Below are positions 42,085 to 53,050 of a stretch of 64,000 bases of DNA, one piece after another. The notes beneath the pieces are model-generated. The model did not search any database and was not told where the DNA came from. It saw only the letters and a list, made by a program, of their open reading frames with translations. Position numbers and translations under genes: made by a program. Source of the DNA: Carpediemonas membranifera BICM (lineage: Eukaryota > Protista > Fornicata); assembly GCA_019828565.1 (NCBI GenBank), contig JAHDYR010000001.1, positions 310,001 through 374,000 of the forward strand, in the 5' to 3' direction. Every line of letters begins with the position of its first letter. The stretch's first letter is position 1.

Positions 42085-44780
42085 ATGGATCCGTTGACAT
42101 TCAGGCTCGTCTCTAAGGGAACCAAGCTTAACCAAGATGAGCAAGGCGCCCTTATTCGTGACGTTTGCTGTCTTGCCAGTGCAGATCCACGTGCATACCA
42201 GGCCATGTCCGATGGAAGCGCCTCTCGCGTATGTAGAACCCCATATGTCTCACTCAGATGTTCCCTGGTGCCCAGCCCGTCTCTATTACCGAAGAGAGCC
42301 TTGAGAAGACGATGAACGACGACTACCATGTCTCCGAGAAGACTGACGGCACACGTTTCCTCCTCTACATCCGCGACACCCGCTCCAACGTGGGCGAGAA
42401 GGACCGCACGCACATCAAGGGCCAAGTTATCAATGACAAGGCAAAGTGCTACCTCGTAGGCCGTGAGTGGGAGATCATTGACCTGAACCTTTCTCTGCCC
42501 CTCACGTCGAGAAACCTCACTAGCCTGCTGGACGGGGAGCTCGTGTCTGATATGACGAAGGAGGGCGAAAAACGACTCGTGCTATATGTGTTTGATGCCC
42601 TTTTCGTGGCGGGCCAGAGCGTGGTTAGAGAAACGCTCGTAACTCGACTTAACTCAGTCAAATACTTGTTCAAAGGCAGACAGAACTTGTACGCCCGCAA
42701 AAAGAAGGGAATGAAGGTAGACGAAGATATGCTTCGTTTCGAAGTCGCCTTCACGCAAGCAAGGCACAGGAGAGCCAAGGAGGGGCACCCGGACGATGTC
42801 AGCTTCGTAGTCAAGCATTTTATGCCCAAGAGCGAGATCAAGAAGATGTTTGATGAGGTCATCCCCCGCCTACCACATAGGAACGATGGCGTCATCCTCA
42901 CGCCCAGTAAGGATCCGTACAAAGCTGGAACGTGTCCCAGACTGCTTAAGTGGAAGCCTGCGGACCAGAATAGTGTCGATTTTATGGTGGGGCGGAAACA
43001 CATCGTGGTCGAAATCAAAAACGACGATGGGACATTCAGACAGGAGACACGCATCCTGGCGACTCTGTACCTCGCCAAGGACGGCCAGACAGATTTCACA
43101 GAGGGTGGTTTGACCAACGTTGACTTGACTCCAGGCCAAGTCGCCCACATCTTGGCAGTCGACAAGAAGCGTGAGAAGGATGATTCGCGGCCGCCGTATC
43201 TCACGGACACAGTCGTCGAGGCCGTATACGTGCCCGACTGGCACCTGACTACGTACAAGAAAGTCGACCGCGTCTCTGTCGATGACTCCGGGAAGGAGCA
43301 CAAGCGGACGGTCTGGGTGGTTGACTCGGTTCTGGACGGGGGCTGGAGGATCGAGCGGGAGAGACCTGATAAGGCGCTGCCTAACGATATTAAGACGTAC
43401 AACAAGGTGTTTATGTCGATTCAGCAGGCCATCACCAAGGAAACGCTCATCGATCGCTTGGAGGCGAGGCCCCTTGTCGCTGTGAGCGGCGAGGGATTGC
43501 CGAGCCTTCCTTCGGACTTGGTGAAAGCCGCACACGCTGCATTCAACTCATACCAGCTGACACGAGTCAAACCAGCGCCCAAGGCAGATCGACTCGATCT
43601 TTCAGCCGTGACCGCCGCACTCGGCGTTCACCCAGTGACAACAACGGTCTCCTTTGGTCATGTCGCTGAAGTATCAGATTTCATCCGTCGCCACGTGGTG
43701 CACGCCGCCCACACTGAGCTTGAGATGCGATTGGGCGTGATCCGGTGGTCCGAGGCCGCACTCCCGCCTGGCCCCATTCAACTCGCCTGGCAGATGGCAT
43801 GTAATGACGCTGCTTCCCGCAAACTGCCTGCTCCACCCCTGCCCCGTTACGCTCATGCCGTGGACGCCGTTGTCGCGGCAAAGGGAACGTATTTCGACTC
43901 TGGTGTGACTCAACTCCAATACCGGCTGATTAAGGCGGCACTCAACGCGCACTGGAATGAGATGAAGGGGACCCAGGAGGGCCAGGCGGAGGGGTATTCT
44001 GTTGCCAAGAGTCTGACTGAAGATCTCAACTTCCGGAGCTTGGGCGATAAGATCCGTGTATCGTATCCGTATGCACCAGATCCTGCGAATCCGAGAGGTA
44101 AGAAGATTATTGCGGTCGATAAGATCTTTTGCATGAAGAAACAGCGAACGGACAAGCTCGACATCCGGACATCCGGAAAGACCGACATCCGCCTCGCCTC
44201 TTCAGTAGAGGAGCCAATGGAGCTCCCCGCGGCCCTGAGATCGCCCAAGCCAGACGAGCCGCTCCTCCGGGGCCGCCGTAAGCTGCGCACCAGTTTCCGG
44301 ACATCCGGATGGTCACTTGACTTGACTGAAGTCAGAGAACTTCGTGGAGTCGACAAAGGGCTGAACCGGCTCTGGTCGAAGGAGGCCACGTTCGAAGTCG
44401 AGTTGGAGGTGACCCCCAATGGTCTGGCCAACCTCCAGGGTGCCTCCGCTATCCCAGCAGCGTTCTTCCAGCAGTGCGCAGACATCCTTCAGCAGGCACG
44501 GGTGCTTGTGGAGCGGTGTGGGTCCACGTGGGATGATACGCCGACTCAGGCAGAGTTGGGCAGGGTAAGGCCGGAGGAGGAGGAAACCGTGGAGGCGGAG
44601 GCGACAGAAGGACAGGGTGAGGCCAAGGCTGAGGCCCCGGAGCCGAATCAGGTCGAAGTGAAGGCTGAAGAGACGACAAAGCCCGCGGATGCTCCGGAGG
44701 TGCGGAAAGCGGTGCCCGTGCCGGCAGAGAAGCGGGATGTTATTACCATGGGTGTGGGGCTGCTGGTATGCGACGAGTGA
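42085..44780 (+). CDS. mRNA capping enzyme: guanylyltransferase fused to a C-terminal CYTH/Cet1-like RNA triphosphatase; intron 42229-42257
   Basis: GTase motifs FPGAQPVS, EKTDG (I), LDGELV (III), VFDAL (IIIa), DGVILTP (IV), LKWKP (V) and RERPDK (VI). These are followed by TTM motifs ELEMRLG, DIRLASSVE, RKLRTSF, LDLTEV and FEVELE. Confidence 0.88.
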
Positions 44781-44874
44781 GTACGTAACAAGTAAACCCC
44801 GGTCATAAATATGGGTAAGGTCATCTCTCAGCCTGGCTACATTTCAAGGAACGAAGGAATGCTTTATTACAGTG

Positions 44875-46062
44875 TTACAGATTCAACGCGCTTGACGTGA
44901 TCATCCCCGACGACGAGGGGCTATACAACAGCTTCTCACGAGATGCCTTGGGCGATGTCCCGGCCGATTTGGGCGATGACTGGGGTTGCCGGGCCTTCTG
45001 CCGAGTGATGGACAGAGAAAAGATGATATCCGGGTCGACTATCAGCCCAGCTCTGGAGGGATGCAGATGACCCACCCCGCCGCTTGTAAATGGCACGACA
45101 GGGCCACTGTGATACTGTGGGACTTCGTGGCCATGGTCTTTCCTCCGCAGGCGGCGACGACGCTCGTTTGCGCTGAGAACACCGCCGATGGATGGCTCTG
45201 TGAGGATGAGGCTGTCCATTGCGAGCCGGGGCACTCGAACGGTGGGCTCGGGCTGGTCCATCTCTTTCAAGAGGCGGAAGTCAGTGGCGGCCTTCTTCAT
45301 TTCCCCCACCTCGCGATAGACCAGAGCTCTATCTGACACAAGACCGTGGATGGGAAGACCGGCGGATTGGGCGCTTTCAACTGCCTTTGTCAGGTGCTCG
45401 AGCGCTTCGTCCGAGCGGAATTGATAAAAGAGAGCGACCGCCATCAAATGATGAGCACCGCTATGATCAGGGACGGCCTTGAGAACCGTCTGGGTGTTCT
45501 GCATGCATATCTCAACGTTTCCCAGGAGCAAATGGGCCAAGCCGAGCAAGTAGCGCAGCTCCGTGTGTCCCGGGGCGATGCTCAGACCCTCGTTCAGCGC
45601 AGCAATCGAGTTGGCGGTGTTGTCGTTGTTGAAACAGAGGATGGCGATGTGGTGGTAGATGTCGACGAGCAGACTCGAGAGGACTTCCGGGGTGAACGCC
45701 TTGCGGAGGTGGGAGGGGATGTCGCGAGGCTCGTGCTGATAGAGCTGGATCACGCCAATGGCACGCTGGTAGAGTATGTCGGCCTCCTCAATGTGTCCTT
45801 CGCGGCCCATGAGCGAGGCAAGCATGACAAGGGCGTGCAGCTCGGCCTGGTCACCGGCAAGGACTTGGTTCATCGCGCGGATACACCCATCAATGTCATC
45901 AAGGTTCAGGAAGCATATTCCGCGGTTGTAGAGGGACGTAAGGTCATATTTGTCCGTGTTGGCCGCAAGATTGTAGAAATATTTTGCATTTGCGTAGTTG
46001 CCTTCGTCAAAGAATGTATCTGCCTTTGTTATGTATGAGAGAGTGTCCGATGTTTGCATCAA
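44875..46062 (-). CDS. TPR-repeat protein
   Basis: Repeated TPR patterns (YNRGICFLNL, YLLGLAHLLLG, DRALVYREVG). Confidence 0.85.
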   Translation of the reverse strand: MMQTSDTLSYITKADTFFDEGNYANAKYFYNLAANTDKYDLTSLYNRGICFLNLDDIDGCIRAMNQVLAGDQAELHALVMLASLMGREGHIEEADILYQRAIGVIQLYQHEPRDIPSHLRKAFTPEVLSSLLVDIYHHIAILCFNNDNTANSIAALNEGLSIAPGHTELRYLLGLAHLLLGNVEICMQNTQTVLKAVPDHSGAHHLMAVALFYQFRSDEALEHLTKAVESAQSAGLPIHGLVSDRALVYREVGEMKKAATDFRLLKEMDQPEPTVRVPRLAMDSLILTEPSIGGVLSANERRRRLRRKDHGHEVPQYHSGPVVPFTSGGVGHLHPSRAGLIVDPDIIFSLSITRQKARQPQSSPKSAGTSPKASREKLLYSPSSSGMITSSALNL

Positions 46063-46174
46063 GCGGAGTGAAAGACGGCGAAGATTCTCGCCAGCTTTTT
46101 TCTCACAAAACGGTCTTTAAACTGCGAAATATGAATTCACGCAAGTCGCGATAGTCACTGAGTTGCCTCACAGC

Positions 46175-48058
46175 TTACACATCAACCCCTGCCTGTCTAA
46201 AATACACCTTCAAGTCCGAGTCCGCCTCGCTCACAGTCACTCCGTCGAGCACGCCCTTGTTCTTCACCGCCCGAGCCGCCGCCACCGCCCTGATGGCCGA
46301 GTCTACGGTTCCCTCCGCCTGCAGATTATAAATTGTAACGGGTCTAGTCTGCCCGATACGATGGATGCGAGCCTCAGCCTGCTCGTCAGTCGTCGGGTTG
46401 TAGTCGTGGTCAATGAAGACAGCGACACTCGCTGCGGTCAGTGTGATACCCACCCCGCCTGCCCTGGTTGAGAGCAGCATCACAGCAGGGCCTGGGGCGT
46501 GCTGGAACGCGGCGATGATGCCTCCCCGGTCGGCTGTGTCGGTCTGCCCGTCGAGCCGGAAAAGATCGATTTGGGCGATCGGCTCGAGAATTGACTCGAA
46601 TATGTCCAGCACGAGTCGGAACTGTGAGAATACTACAGCCGATTGCCCAGAAGCCAAGGTCTGGCGGACAAGGGCAAGTGCCCTGTCAATCTTGGCTGAA
46701 CCACTCAAGTCGAGTTCCGGCACATCTATTCCGGCAGCTTCAAATGCCGGAATCATCTGCCAGTCATAAACTAGGCCATGGGTCGGCACAGCCGGAGTCG
46801 TAGGCATGAGAAGCAGGCTCTCAGGACTAAAAGAGGCCAGCATATCGCCCAAATCGCAGCCCAACGCCTCACCTACAGCAAAGGCCAGGGTCGGGTTGGG
46901 TGTGGCTTGGTCGGCTGCAAGCTGGGCGATCAGCGTGCGGCGGGCAGTGTCGTATGAGGTGGAAACCAACAGTGGATGGGCACACGCCAGTCTGGTACGC
47001 ATCAGTGAGGTTGAGAGGGACTGACCAACACAGCCACTCAATGTCGCGTCATAAACTGCGCGATGACTCTGACTCAATTCGACTTTGACAGTCAAACGCC
47101 GGATCTCGGGCAAGTCTCTGGTGACGTCCGCCTTGACTCGTCTCAGCATGAACGGACCGAGCAGGTAGACCGCAAGCGGGCCCAGGTCGACTGGGATAGC
47201 TGTCAGATCAGAGAGTCTGGCCTTGACCCACGGCGACACGAAGCTGAGCAGGGCGAGCAGCTCGGCCGGGGTGTTTTGCATGGGCGTACCTGTGAGTAGG
47301 ACCTTGGTGCCTGCTCTGACTCGGGCCAAGTTGGAGTGCAGCTTAGTGCTGGGATTTCTGAGGACTTGGGCCTCGTCGACCACGAGCACGCGCCACCTGT
47401 TGGTGTCAAGTGCCCGCCGGACCTTTCCGTCTGCTATTACCGGTGTTGTGGCCACAACTACAGTCCCTGCGTCTGGTTGACCAACCCTAAGGATGCCAGC
47501 CCGGGTAGCATGTCGCGTGTACTTCTCGAGACGGTCACCCGAACTCTCCAGCCACCTGAGGCCAATGTGTCTCCCGCTCTTGTCCCCTGCCAGCGTGAGC
47601 ACGGTGAGGCTGGTCCATGTCGCGACCTCTGACGTCCAGTGGGCGACAGTGGATGCCGGGACGACGACTAGGGCGCGTTGGGTCGGAGAAAGGACGGAAG
47701 CAATGAACATAACGGCTTGGACAGTCTTGCCGAGGCCCATTTCATCGGCAATGATGCCGTGGAGGCCGTTTCGGGAGAGAAGCTGGAGCCAGAGGACGCC
47801 CAGTGTCTGATAGCGATGCAGGTGAAACGTCTTGTCAGCAATCAGGCCATCTATCTGTTTCTGGCGTTGTTTGTAACTTAACTCTGCTGAACTCAGCATC
47901 TTCTCTGAATCTCGCTCCAAACGAGCTGTTAAGCTCGCACAGTGACGAATGAATGACAGAAAGATGGGCGGTAGTAATCCGGCATTCACCTGATCCTTCA
48001 CAAAGCTCAGAAACTGCAGATATTCATAATCTGCCTCGATTGCTTCGCCGGACAACAT
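46175..48058 (-). CDS. SNF2-family chromatin remodelling ATPase, possibly Fun30/SMARCAD1-like
   Basis: GIIADEMGLGKT, DEAQ, LTGTPMQN, FMLRRVK, FSQF, RLDG, LSTRAGGVGITL and QAEARIHRIGQ. Confidence 0.93.
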   Translation of the reverse strand: MLSGEAIEADYEYLQFLSFVKDQVNAGLLPPIFLSFIRHCASLTARLERDSEKMLSSAELSYKQRQKQIDGLIADKTFHLHRYQTLGVLWLQLLSRNGLHGIIADEMGLGKTVQAVMFIASVLSPTQRALVVVPASTVAHWTSEVATWTSLTVLTLAGDKSGRHIGLRWLESSGDRLEKYTRHATRAGILRVGQPDAGTVVVATTPVIADGKVRRALDTNRWRVLVVDEAQVLRNPSTKLHSNLARVRAGTKVLLTGTPMQNTPAELLALLSFVSPWVKARLSDLTAIPVDLGPLAVYLLGPFMLRRVKADVTRDLPEIRRLTVKVELSQSHRAVYDATLSGCVGQSLSTSLMRTRLACAHPLLVSTSYDTARRTLIAQLAADQATPNPTLAFAVGEALGCDLGDMLASFSPESLLLMPTTPAVPTHGLVYDWQMIPAFEAAGIDVPELDLSGSAKIDRALALVRQTLASGQSAVVFSQFRLVLDIFESILEPIAQIDLFRLDGQTDTADRGGIIAAFQHAPGPAVMLLSTRAGGVGITLTAASVAVFIDHDYNPTTDEQAEARIHRIGQTRPVTIYNLQAEGTVDSAIRAVAAARAVKNKGVLDGVTVSEADSDLKVYFRQAGVDV

Positions 48059-48162
48059 AACGGCCTTCCTAAAACTGCACTCAACTCGGCGGAATAGATT
48101 ATTGTCCGACCGCCCCTACCAGTGGAAATATGACTCTTTATCCGCATCACCTCATGCAGGTC

Positions 48163-48834
48163 TCAGACACGCTTCAGTCTCTCAGCGACTGCCTTCTCAG
48201 CCTTTTCCCGCAACGCAGCCTTCGCTGCGGCTGTAGCAGCCTTCTGTGCCTGTCTCTCCCGCTGCTTAGTCTCGATCTCGGTCTTCTTCGCGATACTGGC
48301 GGCCTGCTGGGACATGACGCGCTCCTTCTCGGCTCCAGCTAGAGACGCCGCCAGCGCAGCAATCTCCGAGCCGGAGAGGACCTTGTCTTTCCTAGAAGCC
48401 TTGGAACCAGACTCCCGGCCGCGTTTGAAGATGAGTGGGTGGTCAGCCGGCGCCATAGTGGGTTCCTCGGGCACTGTCTTGAAGCTCCTGCCGGCCTTGG
48501 CGGCAGTGATGATGTTCATCTTCGCAATAAGCCATCCCTTTGTCCAGAATAGCTTCACGGACCTCTCTTCCACGCGGATACCCTTGGGGAACTTCTCTTC
48601 CATCTCAAAATCCTTGTCGGGGCCCTTGGCGTTGTACTTGAAGTGGTCTGAGAACACTCTGAGCTTGATATTGCTGCGAGGGATGTCATAGATGCGGATA
48701 CGGAGCGATACTTCTCTCTTTTTCCAGTTCGTGTTGCATTCGAAAGGAGCTGTGCCCGATTCTTTCACACGCATGGGAACCATGCCCTTAACCACGTTCC
48801 CGGAAGCCTTGCTTGCTTTAGAGCGTGCATCCAT
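48163..48834 (-). CDS. HSP20/CS-like beta-sandwich protein with a basic C-terminal tail
   Basis: Beta-strand pattern RIYDIPRSNIKL...KLFWTKGWLIAKM, then a Lys/Ala-rich helix. Confidence 0.55.
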   Translation of the reverse strand: MDARSKASKASGNVVKGMVPMRVKESGTAPFECNTNWKKREVSLRIRIYDIPRSNIKLRVFSDHFKYNAKGPDKDFEMEEKFPKGIRVEERSVKLFWTKGWLIAKMNIITAAKAGRSFKTVPEEPTMAPADHPLIFKRGRESGSKASRKDKVLSGSEIAALAASLAGAEKERVMSQQAASIAKKTEIETKQRERQAQKAATAAAKAALREKAEKAVAERLKRV

Positions 48835-49050
48835 GTTATCTGCGTATGCTCTGCGGCTCTTCGGTGAGTCGACGAGTCACAATGATCGACATGGTCAGGC
48901 TTGAGGGAGCTTGGCTGGGTACAAGTCTACTTCCATGGTTTAAAGCTTCTTTCTGCCCTTTCCCCGTGCTCTTAACGCCACCTGCGGACTTTACGAAATA
49001 CAAACTGTGAACAGCCGAGGCCTTCGAATAAATGAAACTCCCACAAGCCT

Positions 49051-49563
49051 CTACTTGAAGATAGATGCCATGAAGCTCTTATGACATGCCGCCTCGGTCG
49101 GCTTGTTGCTCCGCCCGACAGCCTCCGTCTGTTCGCCCGCCATAAACACTCCAGAGGACAGCCAACTGTTCCCAGATACCACAGCTGGTGCCTTGATCTT
49201 GGTCTCAGTCGCGCTATCTTTCCGGCGTTGCTGGATCTTCGCTAGTTCCCTTCGAAGGATCTCCTCGTCGTCGGCAGCGGTGGGATCCTCAGCATCCTCG
49301 GGCTCGGACCAGTCTTCATCAGCATACTGGGCAACTTCGTCCGGATCAAACGTGATTCGCTTCTTCAACTCGTCCGAAACGTTGCCCATCGTCAGAAGCT
49401 TCACATCCTCGGTATGGCGCTTTTTCGGCTCTTCTACAGCAGGTTTTGGACCGACTCTGTATTGTACTTTCCGTTTAGATGCTCCTCTGGAGCTTTGAGC
49501 CATGGACTGGCCCACAAGCACATCTTTCGCCATGCTTTGTGGCGCAGGTCTGACCCTGGTCAT
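49051..49563 (-). CDS. CWC15: Spliceosomal protein Cwc15-like
   Basis: MTRVRP, KVQYR, DDEEILRRELAKI, W..GVF and C-terminal HKSFMASIFK (compare HKKFMEKYIK). Confidence 0.7.
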   Translation of the reverse strand: MTRVRPAPQSMAKDVLVGQSMAQSSRGASKRKVQYRVGPKPAVEEPKKRHTEDVKLLTMGNVSDELKKRITFDPDEVAQYADEDWSEPEDAEDPTAADDEEILRRELAKIQQRRKDSATETKIKAPAVVSGNSWLSSGVFMAGEQTEAVGRSNKPTEAACHKSFMASIFK

Positions 49564-49825
49564 CAGATGATGCGAGTGTGTGCTGACGTGTCCTTCATCT
49601 GTAGTAGTAGGCCACAAGAGCTGTAAAGGCCGGTCTAACCCTCCATATTGTTTCAAGCTGCTTCTGTCTTGCTCCGTCCACCCTCATCATAAACAATGAA
49701 GAAAAGCGGTAGGCAGCCAAAGGCAGTGAACTGCGACATGCGCCGCACCACGCCGACTGCAAGAGTAGCCTCGGGGAGTCAAAATTTGATGCGATCAAAT
49801 TCTCAACGCCGATCGAACGAAAGCG

Positions 49826-51880
49826 ATGCTCCAGCCCGTAGAGCTTGTCTCTAAGCTGGTTACATCTGTTATAGATGCCCTAGACGATGATGAGATGTGC
49901 TCAGATTCTGATTTGATCGATTGGTACGTCCAAACTGCGCACTCTCTCGGGAGCGTGCCCAACCAAGCAGTTCTAGGCTTCATTCAGGCCAGCTACAGTG
50001 ATTTCCCCACCACTGAACTCACTCTTGCTGGCCAAATGTCCACGGACATTGATGTAGCTCTTGCTCTCGGCGCCATATACCTTAGCCCGACCCCGTTGAC
50101 CCTCGTCAACCTGTCCTCCACCGGCATCGGTAACCTTGCTGTCGAAATGCTTGTAGCTGGTTTCAATGCTCAGCGTCTGGCGACCCTTGAGCAGATGTGT
50201 CTTCGGGGCAACGACCTCGGCGACAGACGCATTGCCTCCATTGTTCGCAGTCTCGCCAATGCTCCAGAGCTCAACCACCTCGACATATCAGGCTGTTCCA
50301 TCACTGAGAGCGGCATCTCCGTCTTCCTGGATGTCGGCAAGGGTGGCGTGCCCTCGCTTCACACCCTGGCCTTGGATATGAACCCGCTCGGACACAAGGG
50401 CGGTGCTATACTTGGCCGATTGATCACTGTCATTCCCGTGAGCAAGCTGTACCTTGGTTCATGTGGACTTGGCGATGCTGGCGCGGAGATGCTCAGCAAG
50501 GGCTTGCGCCACTCTGAGCTTGAGGAAGTTATTCTGTGGGACAACGCTATTGGAGACCAGGGTGCCAAGGCCTTTGCACACGCAATCGCAGACATGCCCG
50601 AGGAAGCCACCGCCGCACCAGCAGCCCAGCCAGCTCCCCAGCCGACGCACACTAAGAGGCCATCGGGCGCACTCTCATCTACCGCGCCCCGTCGTCTCGC
50701 AATCCCCGCCACGCCCTCGATGAACAGGACACTGCCCACTCCCACTTTCGGGGCGAGTCGGCGACTTTCCTTGACCGATTCTCCGGCGTGCCGGACTGGG
50801 AGCCTTAGCAGCACTGCGGATTTCTCCAAGACCAACTCAGCCATGCCGTCGGCAGACGTGAGTGATGCTGAGGCGGAGGACGACGTCGATACTCCTCCAG
50901 TCGCCCCATTGACCGTCCTGGCACTCTGGAACAACAGGATTGGATCAGTGGGGGCCGCAGCTCTCGCACAGGCAATGGTCGCCCCAGGCGCAGCTAAGCT
51001 CGCGTCGCTGGACCTCAGCGGCAACCCGATCGGGAACAATGGAATCGCGCTCATGGAGGGAAGCCTCGGTAAGCTCTGCGCCAGCCAGCGGGAGGCTACA
51101 CTCGCCGCTTTTGAAGGAAAAACCTCCGACTGTCGGCACCCGTGTCGCGTGTGGGATTTGGCTCAGATCGGGCTGACCGGCGAGGGTATCCATTGTGTTG
51201 TAAGAGCACTCCGGATGTCAAACACTGACCGCCCACCCATGACAACCCTTACCAAATCAATTGATTGGTCCACACTGACCACCCTTAACCTGCATGGCAA
51301 CAATCTCCAGGATTCCGGCATTATTATCCTCATGGGCGGAGTCCGGAGCTGTCTGTCGTTGTCACGGCTGATTCTGTCACAAACCATGTTTAGTCACGCC
51401 GGTCTTGCTGCCATTGCGGCCTTGTTGACAGTACGCCCGACGGTCACCCATCTCGATATCAGCTGCAACCGCCTGACCGACGAGGCACTCAGCGTGCTCG
51501 TGCGGCGAGTTGGAACTGTCAAGCTTCATTCTCTCGTGCTCGACCACAACAATCTGGGAGATACATCGGTGACTGCGCTTGCCGAGTCACTTGTCAATCA
51601 TCCAACGTTGCATCACATCAGTTTAGCCCACAACAAGCTCGGTCTTGTTGCAGCCGTAGCCCTAGAGCAGGCTCTCGAGCAGTATAACGTGCTCCAAGTG
51701 CTCAACGTCTCCGGCAACCCCCTGCCCGCGACCTCCCAGACATCGCTGTGTCACGCCGTTGTCCGGCTGTGGGCCCGGCAGAAGCACGCCGGGATCCCTG
51801 CGCTGACGTGTGACCTGGTGAGAGAGAAGGGATTCGAGCCTGACACCATGGTGGCCAGGCGGGGAGAGGAGACGGAGTAG
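49826..51880 (+). CDS. Leucine-rich repeat protein (RNI-like)
   Basis: Many LxLxxNxIGxxG repeats with a disordered insertion. Confidence 0.9.
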   Translation: MLQPVELVSKLVTSVIDALDDDEMCSDSDLIDWYVQTAHSLGSVPNQAVLGFIQASYSDFPTTELTLAGQMSTDIDVALALGAIYLSPTPLTLVNLSSTGIGNLAVEMLVAGFNAQRLATLEQMCLRGNDLGDRRIASIVRSLANAPELNHLDISGCSITESGISVFLDVGKGGVPSLHTLALDMNPLGHKGGAILGRLITVIPVSKLYLGSCGLGDAGAEMLSKGLRHSELEEVILWDNAIGDQGAKAFAHAIADMPEEATAAPAAQPAPQPTHTKRPSGALSSTAPRRLAIPATPSMNRTLPTPTFGASRRLSLTDSPACRTGSLSSTADFSKTNSAMPSADVSDAEAEDDVDTPPVAPLTVLALWNNRIGSVGAAALAQAMVAPGAAKLASLDLSGNPIGNNGIALMEGSLGKLCASQREATLAAFEGKTSDCRHPCRVWDLAQIGLTGEGIHCVVRALRMSNTDRPPMTTLTKSIDWSTLTTLNLHGNNLQDSGIIILMGGVRSCLSLSRLILSQTMFSHAGLAAIAALLTVRPTVTHLDISCNRLTDEALSVLVRRVGTVKLHSLVLDHNNLGDTSVTALAESLVNHPTLHHISLAHNKLGLVAAVALEQALEQYNVLQVLNVSGNPLPATSQTSLCHAVVRLWARQKHAGIPALTCDLVREKGFEPDTMVARRGEETE

Positions 51881-52167
51881 GCTGTACCATAAACATCATT
51901 GCCAATTGGATAGAAGGAGAGCGATCATGTCTGGGAACACCGTCCAGTTGGGAAGTGCTTTAACCACCGCGAAAGAGAACTAGCTTTATCAAGGCCGCAG
52001 TTGTTGAACGATGATAATGATGTTGGTTATTGACATGAACTTGTGCAGACTAGTGGAATAGTCTTTTAGCACATTTGTGCTGGTCATCGGAGACTTGCGT
52101 CGTCCTATAGCTGCGTTTAATGGTCATTGGGTATCAACGGATATGAATCCTAACTCCCTATAGTTTC

Positions 52168-52851
52168 TTAGAGCTCACGGCGGTTAGCCTGCTCGCGGGC
52201 AATGCGCGCGGCGTTGAGCTCCTCGCGCTTGACGGACTTGAAGCCGTTGACGGGGTGACCGTCTCTGTGGACGTCGATGGAGTCCATAAAGCCTGTGATG
52301 GCAGTGACGAGAGAATCGAACTCGCGCTTTTCCTCCTCGCGGACATCAGTGATAGCGACGCAAGCGCAGGTCTTCATGTGGACGACCTGGCCGAGAACGG
52401 CCTTGCTGGGGATGATGCAGTAAGGGATGTTCTGCTTGCGGCAGAGGGCGGGGATGTGGAGAACGACTTCGATGGGGTCGACGTCGGCGGCGATGACAAC
52501 AAGCTTGGTCTGCTTCTTCTCGATGAGTGATGTCACGTGGTTCACACCGAACTTGGCGAAGTAGGGCTTCTTCTGAGCGATCTCCTTGCCTTTAGCCTTG
52601 GCCTCGGCGAGAGCTTGAAGGCGGGCCTTCTTCTGGGCGCGGTCCTCGGGCTTGTACTTGGAGAGGAAGGAGACGAGGTTGGTGGCGACGTTCTTCTCAA
52701 CAGTGTGCGTGAACATGTTGAGGGCAGCGGGCTGCTTCAGGCGCTGAACAAGAACATTCTTCTTGCGTTGGTTGACAACGTAGCGGGGGAATCTCGTATA
52801 ACGGGTGAGATCCATGTGCTTCTGACCAGTAGCAGACATAACGCGAACCAT
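52168..52851 (-). CDS. RPL7A: 60S ribosomal protein L7a (eL8)
   Basis: DLTRYTRFPRYV, KYKPE, GVNHVT.LIEKK and LVVIAADVDPIE..LHIPALCRK..IPYCI. Confidence 0.97.
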   Translation of the reverse strand: MVRVMSATGQKHMDLTRYTRFPRYVVNQRKKNVLVQRLKQPAALNMFTHTVEKNVATNLVSFLSKYKPEDRAQKKARLQALAEAKAKGKEIAQKKPYFAKFGVNHVTSLIEKKQTKLVVIAADVDPIEVVLHIPALCRKQNIPYCIIPSKAVLGQVVHMKTCACVAITDVREEEKREFDSLVTAITGFMDSIDVHRDGHPVNGFKSVKREELNAARIAREQANRREL

Positions 52852-53050
52852 TCTTGATGCTTTTAGCAAAGAGCCGTGTTGCAAGCAACGAGGTGAACCC
52901 TTCAAAAGTCAAAAATGGCCAAAACTCAGTCGTGAAGAATGAGGGTACTTGGACTTATATAGCTACTATAAACACCATTAGCCACTTCCAGGCTGGTTCC
53001 AGGTTGCATTTCGGCAGAATCATTTTTTGCGCAGTTTGTGTCAGCGCGCC

